Shown: positions 38,010 to 47,723, counted from the first letter of the stretch. The stretch: 64,000 nucleotides of DNA from Chloroflexota bacterium (GCA_014360825.1 JACIWT010000002.1:14782-78781); one strand, 5' to 3'. Notes: a model not told the origin generated them from the sequence alone. A program made the numbers and translations.

Positions 38010-38960
38010 TCACAGATTGATCAGGATCTCCAGGCGGGTTCCCACCCCAACTTTTGATTCCAGATGCATCTCGTCCGCACAGGCCTGGATGTTGTTTAAC
38101 CCCATCCCTGCGCCAAAGCCCAGTTCGCGGATCCAATCCGGGGCAGTAGAATAGCCCGGCTGCAGTGCTTTCTCGATGTCGGGGATGCCGGGGCCACTAT
38201 CCACCGCGACGATCCTGATCCTTTCTGGCTGGATTTCGGCGATGAGTTCCCCGCCTTTGGTGGTGTGAAGGACCAGGTTCGTCTCCGCCTCATAACTGGC
38301 CACGGCGATGCGACGCACTACAGCGGGCTTCGCTCCCAGTCGTTCCAAGGCGCGCTTTAACTTGCTGGCAGCCTCTCCACAGCCCACAAAGTCTAAAGGC
38401 TTTACCTTGTAGCGCAAAATCAGGCCGGTCTGGTCAGATGTGATGTCCTCAAAAATGTGGCTGGCCCGATAGCGATGGATTTCCTCTTCGTGATAATCAA
38501 CTTCCAATTGGCGAAGTAAGCCACGCGCGATATCTCCCTGCGTCACTATACCAACCAACTTTCCGTGCCGATTGACTACGGGGAGCCGTCCGAAACCGAA
38601 GCGAGCGAATTTATTCAGTGCCTGGACGACGGACTCATCAGCAAACACCGTTTGCACTTCAGTGCTCATTTTCTCGCCGACGGTAGCGTCTATATCGCCA
38701 GATTCGAGGGCTTTTATCAGGTCTTCGATGCTGATGATGCCAACTAGTTCGCCATCTCGCAGCACTGGGGTACCTGAAATGCGGTTGACCCGGAGCACCT
38801 CCTTCAACTGACGCATCGAATCGTCGGGAGATACGGTGATGACTTTCTTCGTCATGACCTGCTCAATCTTCAGTTCATATACCAGTTCTTGGAGCTTGGT
38901 TACTTCTCGGCTTGACTCGGTTGTTAACGTGCTTCTTGGTTCTTGACTGTTCGTGACCAC
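38010..38960 (-). CDS. CBS-pair + GHKL/HATPase-like (anti-sigma/Ser-kinase-like) protein
   Basis: Two CBS motifs (VITVSPDDSM..., GRLPVVNRHGKLVGIVTQGDI). C-terminal ATPase-like GxGxG region GFGAGMGLNNI. Confidence 0.7.
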   Translation of the reverse strand: MVTNSQEPRSTLTTESSREVTKLQELVYELKIEQVMTKKVITVSPDDSMRQLKEVLRVNRISGTPVLRDGELVGIISIEDLIKALESGDIDATVGEKMSTEVQTVFADESVVQALNKFARFGFGRLPVVNRHGKLVGIVTQGDIARGLLRQLEVDYHEEEIHRYRASHIFEDITSDQTGLILRYKVKPLDFVGCGEAASKLKRALERLGAKPAVVRRIAVASYEAETNLVLHTTKGGELIAEIQPERIRIVAVDSGPGIPDIEKALQPGYSTAPDWIRELGFGAGMGLNNIQACADEMHLESKVGVGTRLEILINL

Positions 38961-39020
38961 TGTCGTGAGCTCATTCTCTTGCCCAGGGACTAAGGTGATT
39001 CCGATTCGATGAACGATGGG

Positions 39021-39422
39021 CTACATGCCGCATGACGAAGGAGGATCATCGAGCCAGGTGCCTGCCGTCAACGGGAACAAACCACAACTTGGGAGTCCGG
39101 CCTGGTATAGTCGGCCACAGGTTTCGTACATCGTGTACTTGGAAGCGAGCAGTGGAATACCCTTCTCTTTGGCCAAAGCGATGGTCTCTGCAGGGGGCAA
39201 TTTGCCGCGCACGAAAACGATGGCCACGATGCCCGCCATTTCGGCGGTGCGCACAACCTGCGGGTTAGTCAAGCCGGTCATGAGCAAGGTGCCGGCATGG
39301 GTAAAAGCCAGGACGTCACTCATTAGGTCGGCACCACAGGCCATTTTCGCCTCGATGGAGAGATCAATCTCTGGCCAAAGTACCTTACCTTCGATGATTT
39401 GCAAAACCTCTCGTAAGGTCAT
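39021..39422 (-). CDS. DRTGG-domain protein (second copy)
   Basis: Paralogous to 37640-37984 (GADLMSDVLAF...GIVAIVFVRG). Confidence 0.65.
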   Translation of the reverse strand: MTLREVLQIIEGKVLWPEIDLSIEAKMACGADLMSDVLAFTHAGTLLMTGLTNPQVVRTAEMAGIVAIVFVRGKLPPAETIALAKEKGIPLLASKYTMYETCGRLYQAGLPSCGLFPLTAGTWLDDPPSSCGM

Positions 39423-39661
39423 GACATCGATTCACTTTGAAGCCGATCACGGCATCGCCAAACAGCCACAAGGGGCCTTGCGAACCATTCGTCTGCGGAG
39501 ACTTACAGGTGATGGAGGGAAGAATCCTGTAGCAGGTTCTAGACCCCTTGCCCGCTTGAGCAACCCCTCACTGCCCACAACCCCGTGCGTGCAGGCGGTT
39601 CCCGATGGCAATCTCTATTGTCCATTTCGAAAGGGTATGATAACTTTTACAAAGCGGCAGG

Positions 39662-39690
39662 ATATTATCATATTTTGGTATCCTTGTCAA
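39662..39690 (-). promoter_or_regulatory. sigma70-like promoter TTGACA -17- TAATAT for the regulatory-module/hydrogenase operon
   Basis: Minus strand: -35 at 39690-39685, -10 at 39667-39662. AT-rich surroundings; ~230-nt leader to the first gene. Confidence 0.4.
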
Positions 39691-39751
39691 ATATTTTGTG
39701 CGCGGCTAAAAAGTGCCGCGGGCGGCAGAACCAGCCAGCGGAAGGATCCCG

Positions 39752-40717
39752 TTACTCTACGCATTCCTGCATCCAACCGTGTTCCAGGCCAACGTCTAAG
39801 GCAATCTCCACAGCCTCTTCATACTCTTCTGGCGTGATCTTTCGACCCAGCACCGGGTCGCCAACTGCCTTGTGGGCCGGGAAATACTGGTCCATGAGGC
39901 TGATGTGCACTCGGGGCGATAGTTCCTCCGCGATCCAGCGCAACACTTCACCTGTCCCGGCCAGTCTCTCGGGCAGCACCATGTGGCGGATGATCATCCC
40001 TCGCTGGGCGATGCCGTCGCTATCCACGACCAACTCCTCGCCCACCTGCCGGAACAGTTCCTTTAGTGCGGCGCGGTTGGCGGCTACGTAGCCTTTGAAG
40101 CGCGAGAGACGGTGGGCAATAGCATCGCTGGCGTACTTAGCATCAGGCAAATAGATGTCTATAACGTTTTCTAATAAGCGCAGGGTCTCGACACTCTCGT
40201 AGCCGCTGGAATTGTAAACCAAAGGGAGGGAGAAGCCTCGTGGCACAGCGTAGAGTAGCGCAGCCAGGATCGCCGGTACGAAATGAGTGGGCGTTACGAA
40301 ATTGATGTTATGGCAGCCGCGCTTCTGTAGTTCGAGCATCATCTCCGCCAAGCGCTCGACGGTGACCTGCTGACCGACGCCCAGCTGGCTAATGGGGTAG
40401 TTCTGACAGAACAGGCAACGCGCGGTACAGCCGGTGAAGAAAATCGTGCCCGAACCTCGTGTGCCGCTAATTGGCGGCTCTTCCCAAGGATGGACGTTCC
40501 AGGAAGCGACTACGGGCTCGGCTCCCATGCGACAGAAACCATGTTGGCCGGCCAGCCGATTCACGCCACAATCGCGGGGACAGAGATCGCAAGCAGACAA
40601 CCGTTCGCGTGCGATCCGAGCCCGTTCTGCCAATTCCCCTGTTCTCGCGAGGGCCAAGTAACTTGGCCGCCATTCACGGCTCCCCAGGGTTAACGTATCG
40701 AACCCCTTTCGTCGCAA
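39752..40717 (-). CDS. radical SAM enzyme, AmmeMemoRadiSam-system / PflA-like family
   Basis: CTARCLFCQN (CX3CX2C) cluster motif. N-terminal extra Cys pair CDLCPRDC. Family-level similarity only. Confidence 0.75.
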   Translation of the reverse strand: MRRKGFDTLTLGSREWRPSYLALARTGELAERARIARERLSACDLCPRDCGVNRLAGQHGFCRMGAEPVVASWNVHPWEEPPISGTRGSGTIFFTGCTARCLFCQNYPISQLGVGQQVTVERLAEMMLELQKRGCHNINFVTPTHFVPAILAALLYAVPRGFSLPLVYNSSGYESVETLRLLENVIDIYLPDAKYASDAIAHRLSRFKGYVAANRAALKELFRQVGEELVVDSDGIAQRGMIIRHMVLPERLAGTGEVLRWIAEELSPRVHISLMDQYFPAHKAVGDPVLGRKITPEEYEEAVEIALDVGLEHGWMQECVE

Positions 40718-40748
40718 TCATTTCTTCTTACAGCGAGGACTATCCAGT

Positions 40749-42830
40749 TCACCGTCGTGATCTGCGCATTCTCCCTTGTGCAGGGGACATCACACCAGTC
40801 GCGCGTGTGCCACTCTCCCACCGCTGTGCTCGCACTCGCTCCCACTCCGGGACTTGCTTATCTTCTAAGGTCTGGCGCAACTCGAAAATTTGATCTCGCA
40901 AGAGGGCTGCTTTCTCGAACTCGAGGTTGGCAGCGGCGGTTTTCATTTGTTTTTCTAATTCGCGGATCAGGTGGTACAGTTCCTCCTTAGGAATGCCCGC
41001 CCCAACGCGATATTCGGCCTGTTCCTCGGCAGCCACACGTAGCCGGTCGGTCAGATCGCGCACCTCCTTCACGATACTGGCGGGCACGATACCGTGCTCT
41101 TGGTTGTAAGCCACCTGGATTTGACGGCGGCGGTTGGTCTCTTCAATAGCTCTTTTCATGGACTCGGTCATGGTATCAGCGTAAAGGATCACTTGCCCGT
41201 GGATGTGCCGCGCCGCACGGCCCATGGTCTGAATGAGCGAGCCCTCCGAGCGCAAGAAGCCCTCTTTGTCCGCATCCAAGATGGCAACCAGTGAGACTTC
41301 GGGCAGGTCAAGTCCCTCACGCAGCAGGTTGATGCCCACCACCACATCGTAAACACCGGTGCGCAGGTCGCGTAAGATCTCCACTCGTTCTAATGTCTCG
41401 ATTTCCGAATGCAAGTAGTGCACCTTAACGCCCATCTCTTGGAGATAATCAGCCAGATCCTCGGCCATACGCTTCGTTAGGGTGGTCACCAGGACGCGCT
41501 CGCCACGCTGTACGCGTAGGCTGATCTCGTGGAGAAGGTTGTCTATCTGACCTTTGGTGGGGCGCACAATCACTTCTGGGTCCACCAGACCAGTGGGCCG
41601 GATAATTTGCTCTACCACCTGGGCAGAATGTTTGAGTTCATAAGGGCCGGGAGTGGCGGAGGTGTAAATCACCTGGCGAATGTGTTTCTCGAATTCGCTG
41701 AAGGTGAGCGGGCGGTTGTCGAGGGCGGAGGGCAGGCGGAAACCATATTCCACCAACACTTCTTTGCGTGACCGGTCGCCGTTGTACATGCCCCTCACCT
41801 GCGGAATGGTCATGTGCGACTCGTCCACAACGAGCAAATAGTCCTCGGGGAAATAGTCCAGCAATGTCCAAGGTTGTTGGCCCTTCTCCCGCTGAGATAG
41901 ATGGCGCGAGTAGTTCTCGATGCCAGGACAGTATCCTACTTCACGCAGCATCTCCATGTCGTAACGAGTGCGTTGCTCCAGGCGTTGGGCTTCCAGCAGT
42001 TTGCCCTGGTCTCGCAGTTCCTTCAGCCGTTCCTCTAATTCCTTCTCGATACGCTCCAGGGCGATGTACAATCGCTCCTGGTTGGTGATGAAGTGTTTAG
42101 CAGGGAAGATTTGGATTCGCTCCTGTTCGGTCAGTATCTCGCCGGTGAGCGGGTCAATCTCCGTGATGCGTTGCACCTCATCGCCCCAGAATTCAATGCG
42201 GAAAGCGGTATCCTCGTAGGCAGGGAAAACGTCCACTGTGTCACCGCGAACGCGGAAACGACCACGCCCGAAATCCACGTCATTGCGCTGATAGAAAATC
42301 TCGGTCAGATGCCGTAACACGCGGTCGCGGCGGTGCGTTTCACCTACGGCCAATTTGACGGTGTCCTGACCATATTCGTCAGGTGATCCGATACTGTAGA
42401 TACAAGATACGCTGGCCACAATAATCACATCGCGGCGCGTGAGCAGGGAAGAGGTAGCCGCCAGACGAAGTTTATCGATTTCCTCGTTGATGCTGGCGTC
42501 TTTTTCGATATAAGTATCGGTGCGCGGCAGGTAGGCTTCGGGTTGATAGTAGTCGTAATAACTGACAAAGTACTCCACGGCATTGTGGGGGAAGAACTCG
42601 CGGAACTCACTGTAGAGTTGTGCGGCCAGCGTTTTATTGTGACACAGGACGAGCGTAGGGCGTTGCACCTGTGCGATGACGTTGGCGATCACGTAAGTCT
42701 TGCCGGATCCGGTTACTCCGAGCAACGTCTGATGCTTGTATCCCCGGCGCAAGCCCTCCACCAATTTGGCGATAGCCTGAGGTTGATCGCCGGTAGGCTT
42801 GAAATCTGACACTAATTTGAACTCGGGCAT
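40749..42830 (-). CDS. uvrB: excinuclease ABC subunit B
   Basis: [19 protein letters not shown] Walker A, helicase motifs, beta-hairpin, C-terminal UVR coiled coil. ATG at the M of MPEFKL (the track ORF extends 7 codons further upstream). Confidence 0.9.
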   Translation of the reverse strand: MPEFKLVSDFKPTGDQPQAIAKLVEGLRRGYKHQTLLGVTGSGKTYVIANVIAQVQRPTLVLCHNKTLAAQLYSEFREFFPHNAVEYFVSYYDYYQPEAYLPRTDTYIEKDASINEEIDKLRLAATSSLLTRRDVIIVASVSCIYSIGSPDEYGQDTVKLAVGETHRRDRVLRHLTEIFYQRNDVDFGRGRFRVRGDTVDVFPAYEDTAFRIEFWGDEVQRITEIDPLTGEILTEQERIQIFPAKHFITNQERLYIALERIEKELEERLKELRDQGKLLEAQRLEQRTRYDMEMLREVGYCPGIENYSRHLSQREKGQQPWTLLDYFPEDYLLVVDESHMTIPQVRGMYNGDRSRKEVLVEYGFRLPSALDNRPLTFSEFEKHIRQVIYTSATPGPYELKHSAQVVEQIIRPTGLVDPEVIVRPTKGQIDNLLHEISLRVQRGERVLVTTLTKRMAEDLADYLQEMGVKVHYLHSEIETLERVEILRDLRTGVYDVVVGINLLREGLDLPEVSLVAILDADKEGFLRSEGSLIQTMGRAARHIHGQVILYADTMTESMKRAIEETNRRRQIQVAYNQEHGIVPASIVKEVRDLTDRLRVAAEEQAEYRVGAGIPKEELYHLIRELEKQMKTAAANLEFEKAALLRDQIFELRQTLEDKQVPEWERVRAQRWESGTRATGVMSPAQGRMRRSRR

Positions 42831-42908
42831 AGGCCTCTCTTGCACATACAAATAATAAGGCGTTAGGTGCTTTCATAGTAATTATACTATCTTTTGCACT
42901 TAGTGTCC

Positions 42909-42922
42909 AGAACAGGCGTTCG
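42909..42922. promoter_or_regulatory. LexA box AGAACAGGCGTTCG (perfect GAAC-N4-GTTC) abutting the uvrB -35
   Basis: Perfect Cheo-box-type palindrome ~80 bp upstream of the uvrB ATG. uvrB promoter TGGACA -17- TATAAT at 42909-42881 (minus). Confidence 0.55.
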
Positions 42923-43032
42923 GCAAGGTTAAGGGAAACACTTTCTTGGCAAGCCCAACGCCAAAGCCTTTGCCAGATGGGGCTTTTGTACTCCTCAGAA
43001 AATGCAGTAGAATAAATTTAGAAGGAGATGTT

Positions 43033-44154
43033 ATGGCCAATCATTGGATCAGCGAGGATCTCGTCTCGCGTCTGAAAGCAGCATTGGGTGATATCTTCGC
43101 CGTGGAGGATACCACAATAGGGCAGCAACCAGAGGCTCCGATCCGATTCCGTGGCCGGTTGCTTGTGCCATCTGAACAAGCCTTTGCGCTGATTTCGTCG
43201 CGGTTTCGGGAACTGGGATACACTCCCATCTTGCGCCGCGCCGATGGGCAAGATGTGATCTTCGCTGTGCATGGCGTACCCGAACAATCAACGGTCTTCA
43301 GCCCAGTGGGCGCATTGCTATTTGTTTTGACGCTACTATCGGTTTGGTTTGTGGGAATGACCTGGAATGCGCCTCCTGAGGCTCAAGATCTTGCTGGTAT
43401 CTTCCGCTACCCACTTAGTGGACTACCGCATTTAATCACCCTGATGACCATCCTCGTTGGCCACGAACTAGGTCACTATTTCGTGGCCCGACACTTCGGT
43501 CTGCCGGTGACATTGCCTTACTTCATACCCCTGCCCGTACCACCTTTCGGGACAATGGGCGCAGTGATCCGCATGAAATCACCACCGCCCAATAAGCGGG
43601 TTATGTTGGCAGTTGGTGCGGCGGGCCCACTAACCGGTATCCTGCTGGCAATACCCCTGCTACTGATCGGCCTTTTGAGGTCACAGGTCCAGCCTCTCCC
43701 GACTGAGGGGGGATATTACATGGAGGGCAACTCTATCCTGTACCTCGTGCTCAAGTTCCTGGTATTTGGGCGGGTATTGCCCAGTGCTACAGAGGACGTT
43801 TTCATTCACCCGATCGCCTTCGCTGCCTGGGGTGGCATCTTGGTCACGTCGTTGAACCTGTTGCCGGCCGGGCAGTTAGATGGTGGACACATTGCCTACG
43901 CTCTTTTTGGCAAGCGAGCGCGCCAGGTAACTTGGCTGGCTTTAGGGCTGAGTCTGGTGCTCTCATTGTTGTGGAGAGGGTGGTTGTTGTGGGCAGCGCT
44001 TATCTTACTCCTTGGGCAGCGCCACGCCGTGCCACTGGATGACATCACACCTCTGTCTGCGCGGGAGAAGGTCTTCGCTGCTTTCATGTTATTGGTGTTC
44101 CTGTTGGTTTTCACGCCGGTGCCACTGGTGATAGTGGCGGAAAGCACTGTTTGA
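43033..44154 (+). CDS. site-2 protease / peptidase M50-family membrane metalloprotease
   Basis: HELGH zinc motif within a TM helix, multiple TM segments. ATG after GAAGGAGA (the track ORF extends 29 codons further upstream). Confidence 0.8.
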   Translation: MANHWISEDLVSRLKAALGDIFAVEDTTIGQQPEAPIRFRGRLLVPSEQAFALISSRFRELGYTPILRRADGQDVIFAVHGVPEQSTVFSPVGALLFVLTLLSVWFVGMTWNAPPEAQDLAGIFRYPLSGLPHLITLMTILVGHELGHYFVARHFGLPVTLPYFIPLPVPPFGTMGAVIRMKSPPPNKRVMLAVGAAGPLTGILLAIPLLLIGLLRSQVQPLPTEGGYYMEGNSILYLVLKFLVFGRVLPSATEDVFIHPIAFAAWGGILVTSLNLLPAGQLDGGHIAYALFGKRARQVTWLALGLSLVLSLLWRGWLLWAALILLLGQRHAVPLDDITPLSAREKVFAAFMLLVFLLVFTPVPLVIVAESTV

Positions 44155-44285
44155 CAAAATCTACTTTTCACACTATTATAATAACCAGACAATTTATTCG
44201 CGAGTTTGTCTCAAAAAAATCTCTATAGCCTAGTTCGAAGAGTTTTCGGCCGTTGAGGGAAAATTAACAGACCGGGTGGGTCGGA

Positions 44286-44426
44286 ATGGCCAGAGTGCCT
44301 AGCCAAAAGCAACGGGCGACCTGGTGGACGATGGCGTGTAACTCAGTGGAAACTGTTGACATTAGGGTGTATTTACCCTGGTGGTGTAGTCCTGCGTGCG
44401 GACTCAGACATCACCAGGGTTTTTGA
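44286..44426 (+). CDS. candidate 46-codon leader peptide MARVPSQKQRATWWTMACNSVETVDIRVYLPWWCSPACGLRHHQGF with two Trp-Trp codon pairs; reads through the terminator arm and stops inside the U-tract
   Basis: ORF translated by hand. TGG TGG at 44322-44327 and 44379-44384. Weak SD GGGTGGG 5 nt upstream. Not in the ORF track (<60 aa). Confidence 0.3.
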   Translation: MARVPSQKQRATWWTMACNSVETVDIRVYLPWWCSPACGLRHHQGF

Positions 44427-44437
44427 TTTGGTTTTGG
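44376..44437 (+). terminator. intrinsic terminator / attenuator in the liv leader: 11-bp stem CCCTGGTGGTG...CATCACCAGGG with an inner hairpin, then TTTTTGATTTGGTTTTGG
   Basis: Seen in sequence. 220 nt after the M50 stop and 130 nt before the liv SBP start. The 5' arm sequence CCTGGTGG is duplicated at 44320-44327. Confidence 0.55.
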
Positions 44438-44566
44438 GTGTTCCACAACGATCCTCGCATCTCTGGTGTAAATGAGCGACTTTTCCGAAGGAGGTGATGT
44501 GTAGTAGGGCCAATCTCTTTTGGGTCTATGGGCGAAACTTTTGTGAAACAAGAGGAGGGAGATCCC

Positions 44567-45709
44567 ATGTACAAGAGAGTTATGCTGTTGCTATTGGTTC
44601 TGACCCTGGTAGGGGCGCTTGGTGCGTGTGCTCCCGCGGCCCCGGCTGAGATCAAGATCGGCGTCAATGCCGAACTCACCGGCGGTATCCCCGTTATCGG
44701 CGCTTCTTGCAAGAATGCGGCGGAGATGGCCGTGAAGGAAGTGAATGATGCTGGCGGCCTGGAGGTTGGTGGCAAGAAGTACAAGATCGTGTTGCTGGTC
44801 GAGGACAACGAGGATAAGGCCGAGTCGGCGGCAGCAGTAGCCCAAAAATTGAACACCGCCGGGGTCCTGGTACATATTGGCGCGAACGCCAGCCGCAACG
44901 CCATCCCTGCCTCGACTGTCTGTGAAGACGCCAAATTGCCCATGATCAGCCCCTGGTCCACCAACCCCAAAACTACAGCCGGCAAGAAATACGTCTTCCG
45001 GGCCTGCTTCATTGACGATTTCCAGGGAGTGGTAGCCGCCAAGTTCGCCATCAACGATCTGAAAGCCAATACCGCCGCTGTTCTCTACGACGTGGCCAGT
45101 GAGTACAACAAGGGCATCGCCGAGGTCTTCAAGAAGACTTTCGAGGAGGCGGGCAAAAAGGTAGTGGCTTTCGAGACCTATACCACTGGCGACAAAGATT
45201 TCTCCGCCCAATTGACCAAGATCAAAGCCTCCGGTGCCGATGTCTTATTCCTGCCCAACTACTACAGTGAAGTGCCACTGCAGGTGCAACAAGCCCATAA
45301 ACTGGGGTACACCGGCACCATCTTCGGCAGCGATAGCTGGGGCAACCTGGAAATCATTGACCTCTGCGGCGCCGATTGTGAGGGTCTCTTCTTCACCACC
45401 CACTATGCTCCAGACATTGCTACGCCCAAGGCGCAGAAATTCATTAAGGCCTACGAAGCGACCTATGGCAAGACCCCCGACGACGTGGCCGCTCTAACCT
45501 ACGACGCCTTTGGGTTGGCTTTCCAGGCCATCCAGGCGGCAGGCAAGATTGACCGCGAGGCGGTGCGCGACGCGTTGGCCAGCATCACCAAGTATGAGGG
45601 CGTCACCGGGACAATGGAATTCAGGGGCACCGGCGATCCGGTGAAGAGCGCGGTGATCATTCAGATCAAGGGCGGTAAATTCACATATTACACCTCTGCC
45701 GCCCCATGA
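44567..45709 (+). CDS. ABC transporter periplasmic substrate-binding lipoprotein, LivK/LivJ (branched-chain/hydrophobic amino acid) family
   Basis: Signal peptide + lipobox LVGALGAC; type-I PBP fold. ATG after GAGGAGGGAG (the track ORF extends 13 codons further upstream). Confidence 0.85.
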   Translation: MYKRVMLLLLVLTLVGALGACAPAAPAEIKIGVNAELTGGIPVIGASCKNAAEMAVKEVNDAGGLEVGGKKYKIVLLVEDNEDKAESAAAVAQKLNTAGVLVHIGANASRNAIPASTVCEDAKLPMISPWSTNPKTTAGKKYVFRACFIDDFQGVVAAKFAINDLKANTAAVLYDVASEYNKGIAEVFKKTFEEAGKKVVAFETYTTGDKDFSAQLTKIKASGADVLFLPNYYSEVPLQVQQAHKLGYTGTIFGSDSWGNLEIIDLCGADCEGLFFTTHYAPDIATPKAQKFIKAYEATYGKTPDDVAALTYDAFGLAFQAIQAAGKIDREAVRDALASITKYEGVTGTMEFRGTGDPVKSAVIIQIKGGKFTYYTSAAP

Positions 45710-45847
45710 TCTTCGCTGTGAAGCCCGGCGTTTCACCCTGAAGGGTAAACAAGGTTAGGTGGGTTTCGTGGAAACGAAACCCGCCTAACCCCATTTTGAA
45801 TCCTCAAGGAACAGTTGCAGGGAATATACGAAGACAGGAGATTCCAA

Positions 45848-46753
45848 GTGCAATTTATCATCCAACAAGTATTGAATGCTCTGCAATTAGGCAGTGTGTA
45901 TGCGCTCATCGCTTTGGGCTATACCATGGTCTATGGCATCCTGCGCATGATCAACTTCGCTCACGGCGACATTTTCATGGTGAGCACCTACTTGGGCTTC
46001 TTCGCTGCTTCATTTTTGCTAGGGCGGGCGTTGCATTTACCTGCGGCTTTCACTTTTGTACTAACTTTGGTTCTGGCTATGATTGGCACCTCGCTTTTGG
46101 CAGTACTCATCGAGCGGGTAGCCTACAAGCCACTCCGCCAGGCCCCGCGAATCTCGGCGGTGATCACAGCCCTGGGCGTAGGTTTGGTTTTGGAGAACAC
46201 GACCTTAGCTACTATCGGCCCGGAGCCGCGTATCTTACCACAGGTAATCCCAGTGATTAACCTCAACATTGCTGGAGTAGCCGTCTCCAGCATCCAGATA
46301 GTGATCCTGGTTATCTCTGCTATCGTGATGTTCGTCTTAGACACCATAGTGCGAAAGACGATGACTGGCATGGCTATGCGCGCTATTTCCTTTGATAAGA
46401 CAGTGGTCCCTTTGATGGGCGTGCCCATGGATCGCATTATCTCCATCACTTTCGCACTGGGTTCTTCGATGGCCGCGATTGGTGGAGTCCTCTATGGCAT
46501 CGCCTACATGATAGACCCTTATATGGGCATCCGCATTGGCTGGTGGGCCTTCATTTCTGCGGTGGTGGGAGGCATCGGCAATATCCGCGGGGCTATGGTT
46601 GGCGGCTATATATTGGGGTTCGTGGAGATCTTCGTGGCCGCCTTTTTCCCCTCCACTTACCGTGACTTTGTGGTCTTTGCTTTGCTCTTGGCTCTCCTGG
46701 TGTTCAAGCCCACAGGGATCATGGGTGTGCCGGTAGTGCAACAAAAAGTGTAG
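45848..46753 (+). CDS. livH: branched-chain amino acid ABC transporter permease LivH-like
   Basis: VLNALQLGSVYALIALGYTMVYGI N-term. GTG after AGGAGA. Confidence 0.85.
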   Translation: MQFIIQQVLNALQLGSVYALIALGYTMVYGILRMINFAHGDIFMVSTYLGFFAASFLLGRALHLPAAFTFVLTLVLAMIGTSLLAVLIERVAYKPLRQAPRISAVITALGVGLVLENTTLATIGPEPRILPQVIPVINLNIAGVAVSSIQIVILVISAIVMFVLDTIVRKTMTGMAMRAISFDKTVVPLMGVPMDRIISITFALGSSMAAIGGVLYGIAYMIDPYMGIRIGWWAFISAVVGGIGNIRGAMVGGYILGFVEIFVAAFFPSTYRDFVVFALLLALLVFKPTGIMGVPVVQQKV

Positions 46754-46763
46754 GATAGAGACT

Positions 46764-47723
46764 ATGAAAAGACGTTGGCTAATTGCACTGGTCCTGGTGT
46801 TAATCTTTGCACTGTCCATCTTGCTCCCCCATTTTGGAATCCTGAACCTGTATCTACAGCAGGTGATTATGTATGTGGGGATTAACATCATTCTCACCAT
46901 CAGCCTGAACCTGGTGAACGGTTATATGGGGGAGTTTTCGGTGGGTCATGCTGGGTTTATGGCCATTGGCGCTTACGTCTCTTCGCTGCTGACTGTGCTT
47001 GTTTTTCCCAAGCCCTGGGGGCCGTTTGTGTTCCCATTGGTATTAGTCCTGGGTGGTCTCGCTGCGGCATTGGCGGGTTTGATCGTGGCTTTTCCCTCCT
47101 TCAAAACGCGCGGCGATTACTTGGCTATCGTTACCCTGGCTTTTAACATGATCATCAAGAGCGTGCTGGAGAATATTGATGCGATCGGAGGCCCCCGTGG
47201 CTTTATGGGCATGAGCAAGTTGACCAACGTAGCGTGGGTCTATGTCTGGGTGCTCATCACCATTTTCGCCATCCGCAATTTCATATTCTCCAGTTACGGG
47301 CGGGGTATCCTTTCCATCCGCGAGGATGAAGTAGCCGCGGAGTTAGTCAGCGTGAACACGCGCCAAGCCAAGATCCTAGCCTTTGTCATCTCATCCTTCT
47401 TCGCCGGGATTGCCGGTGGACTCTTTGCCCACGTGCTGCAGTTCATCAACCCACGCAGTTTCACTATCCTGAAATCCACCGACGTTTTGGTGATGGTCTA
47501 TCTGGGCGGTATTGGCAGCATCACCGGTTCCATATTGGGCGCTTCCATATATACGGTTCTGCTGGAGTTACTGCGGCCATTGCAGGTCTGGCGCTGGGTG
47601 GTAGGGCCACTTTTGCTCGTCATCCTGATGATCACGCGTCCGCGGGGTATTTTTGGACTGCGCGAGGCACGTGTGCTTATCCCTGCGGAGGAGGTGGGGG
47701 CAGATGCCGCTGCTACAAGTTAA
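46764..47723 (+). CDS. livM: branched-chain amino acid ABC transporter permease LivM-like
   Basis: Multi-TM permease with the GxxGFMA motif region. Confidence 0.85.
   Translation: MKRRWLIALVLVLIFALSILLPHFGILNLYLQQVIMYVGINIILTISLNLVNGYMGEFSVGHAGFMAIGAYVSSLLTVLVFPKPWGPFVFPLVLVLGGLAAALAGLIVAFPSFKTRGDYLAIVTLAFNMIIKSVLENIDAIGGPRGFMGMSKLTNVAWVYVWVLITIFAIRNFIFSSYGRGILSIREDEVAAELVSVNTRQAKILAFVISSFFAGIAGGLFAHVLQFINPRSFTILKSTDVLVMVYLGGIGSITGSILGASIYTVLLELLRPLQVWRWVVGPLLLVILMITRPRGIFGLREARVLIPAEEVGADAAATS

Noticed and set aside
44340-44440. T-box riboswitch upstream of the liv operon (ATTAGGGTG resembles the T-box sequence start)
   Set aside because: The conserved T-box core AGGGTGGNACCGCG is not present (sequence is AGGGTGTATTTACCCTGG), and no specifier-loop stem I was recognisable. 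The leader-peptide/terminator interpretation fits better.
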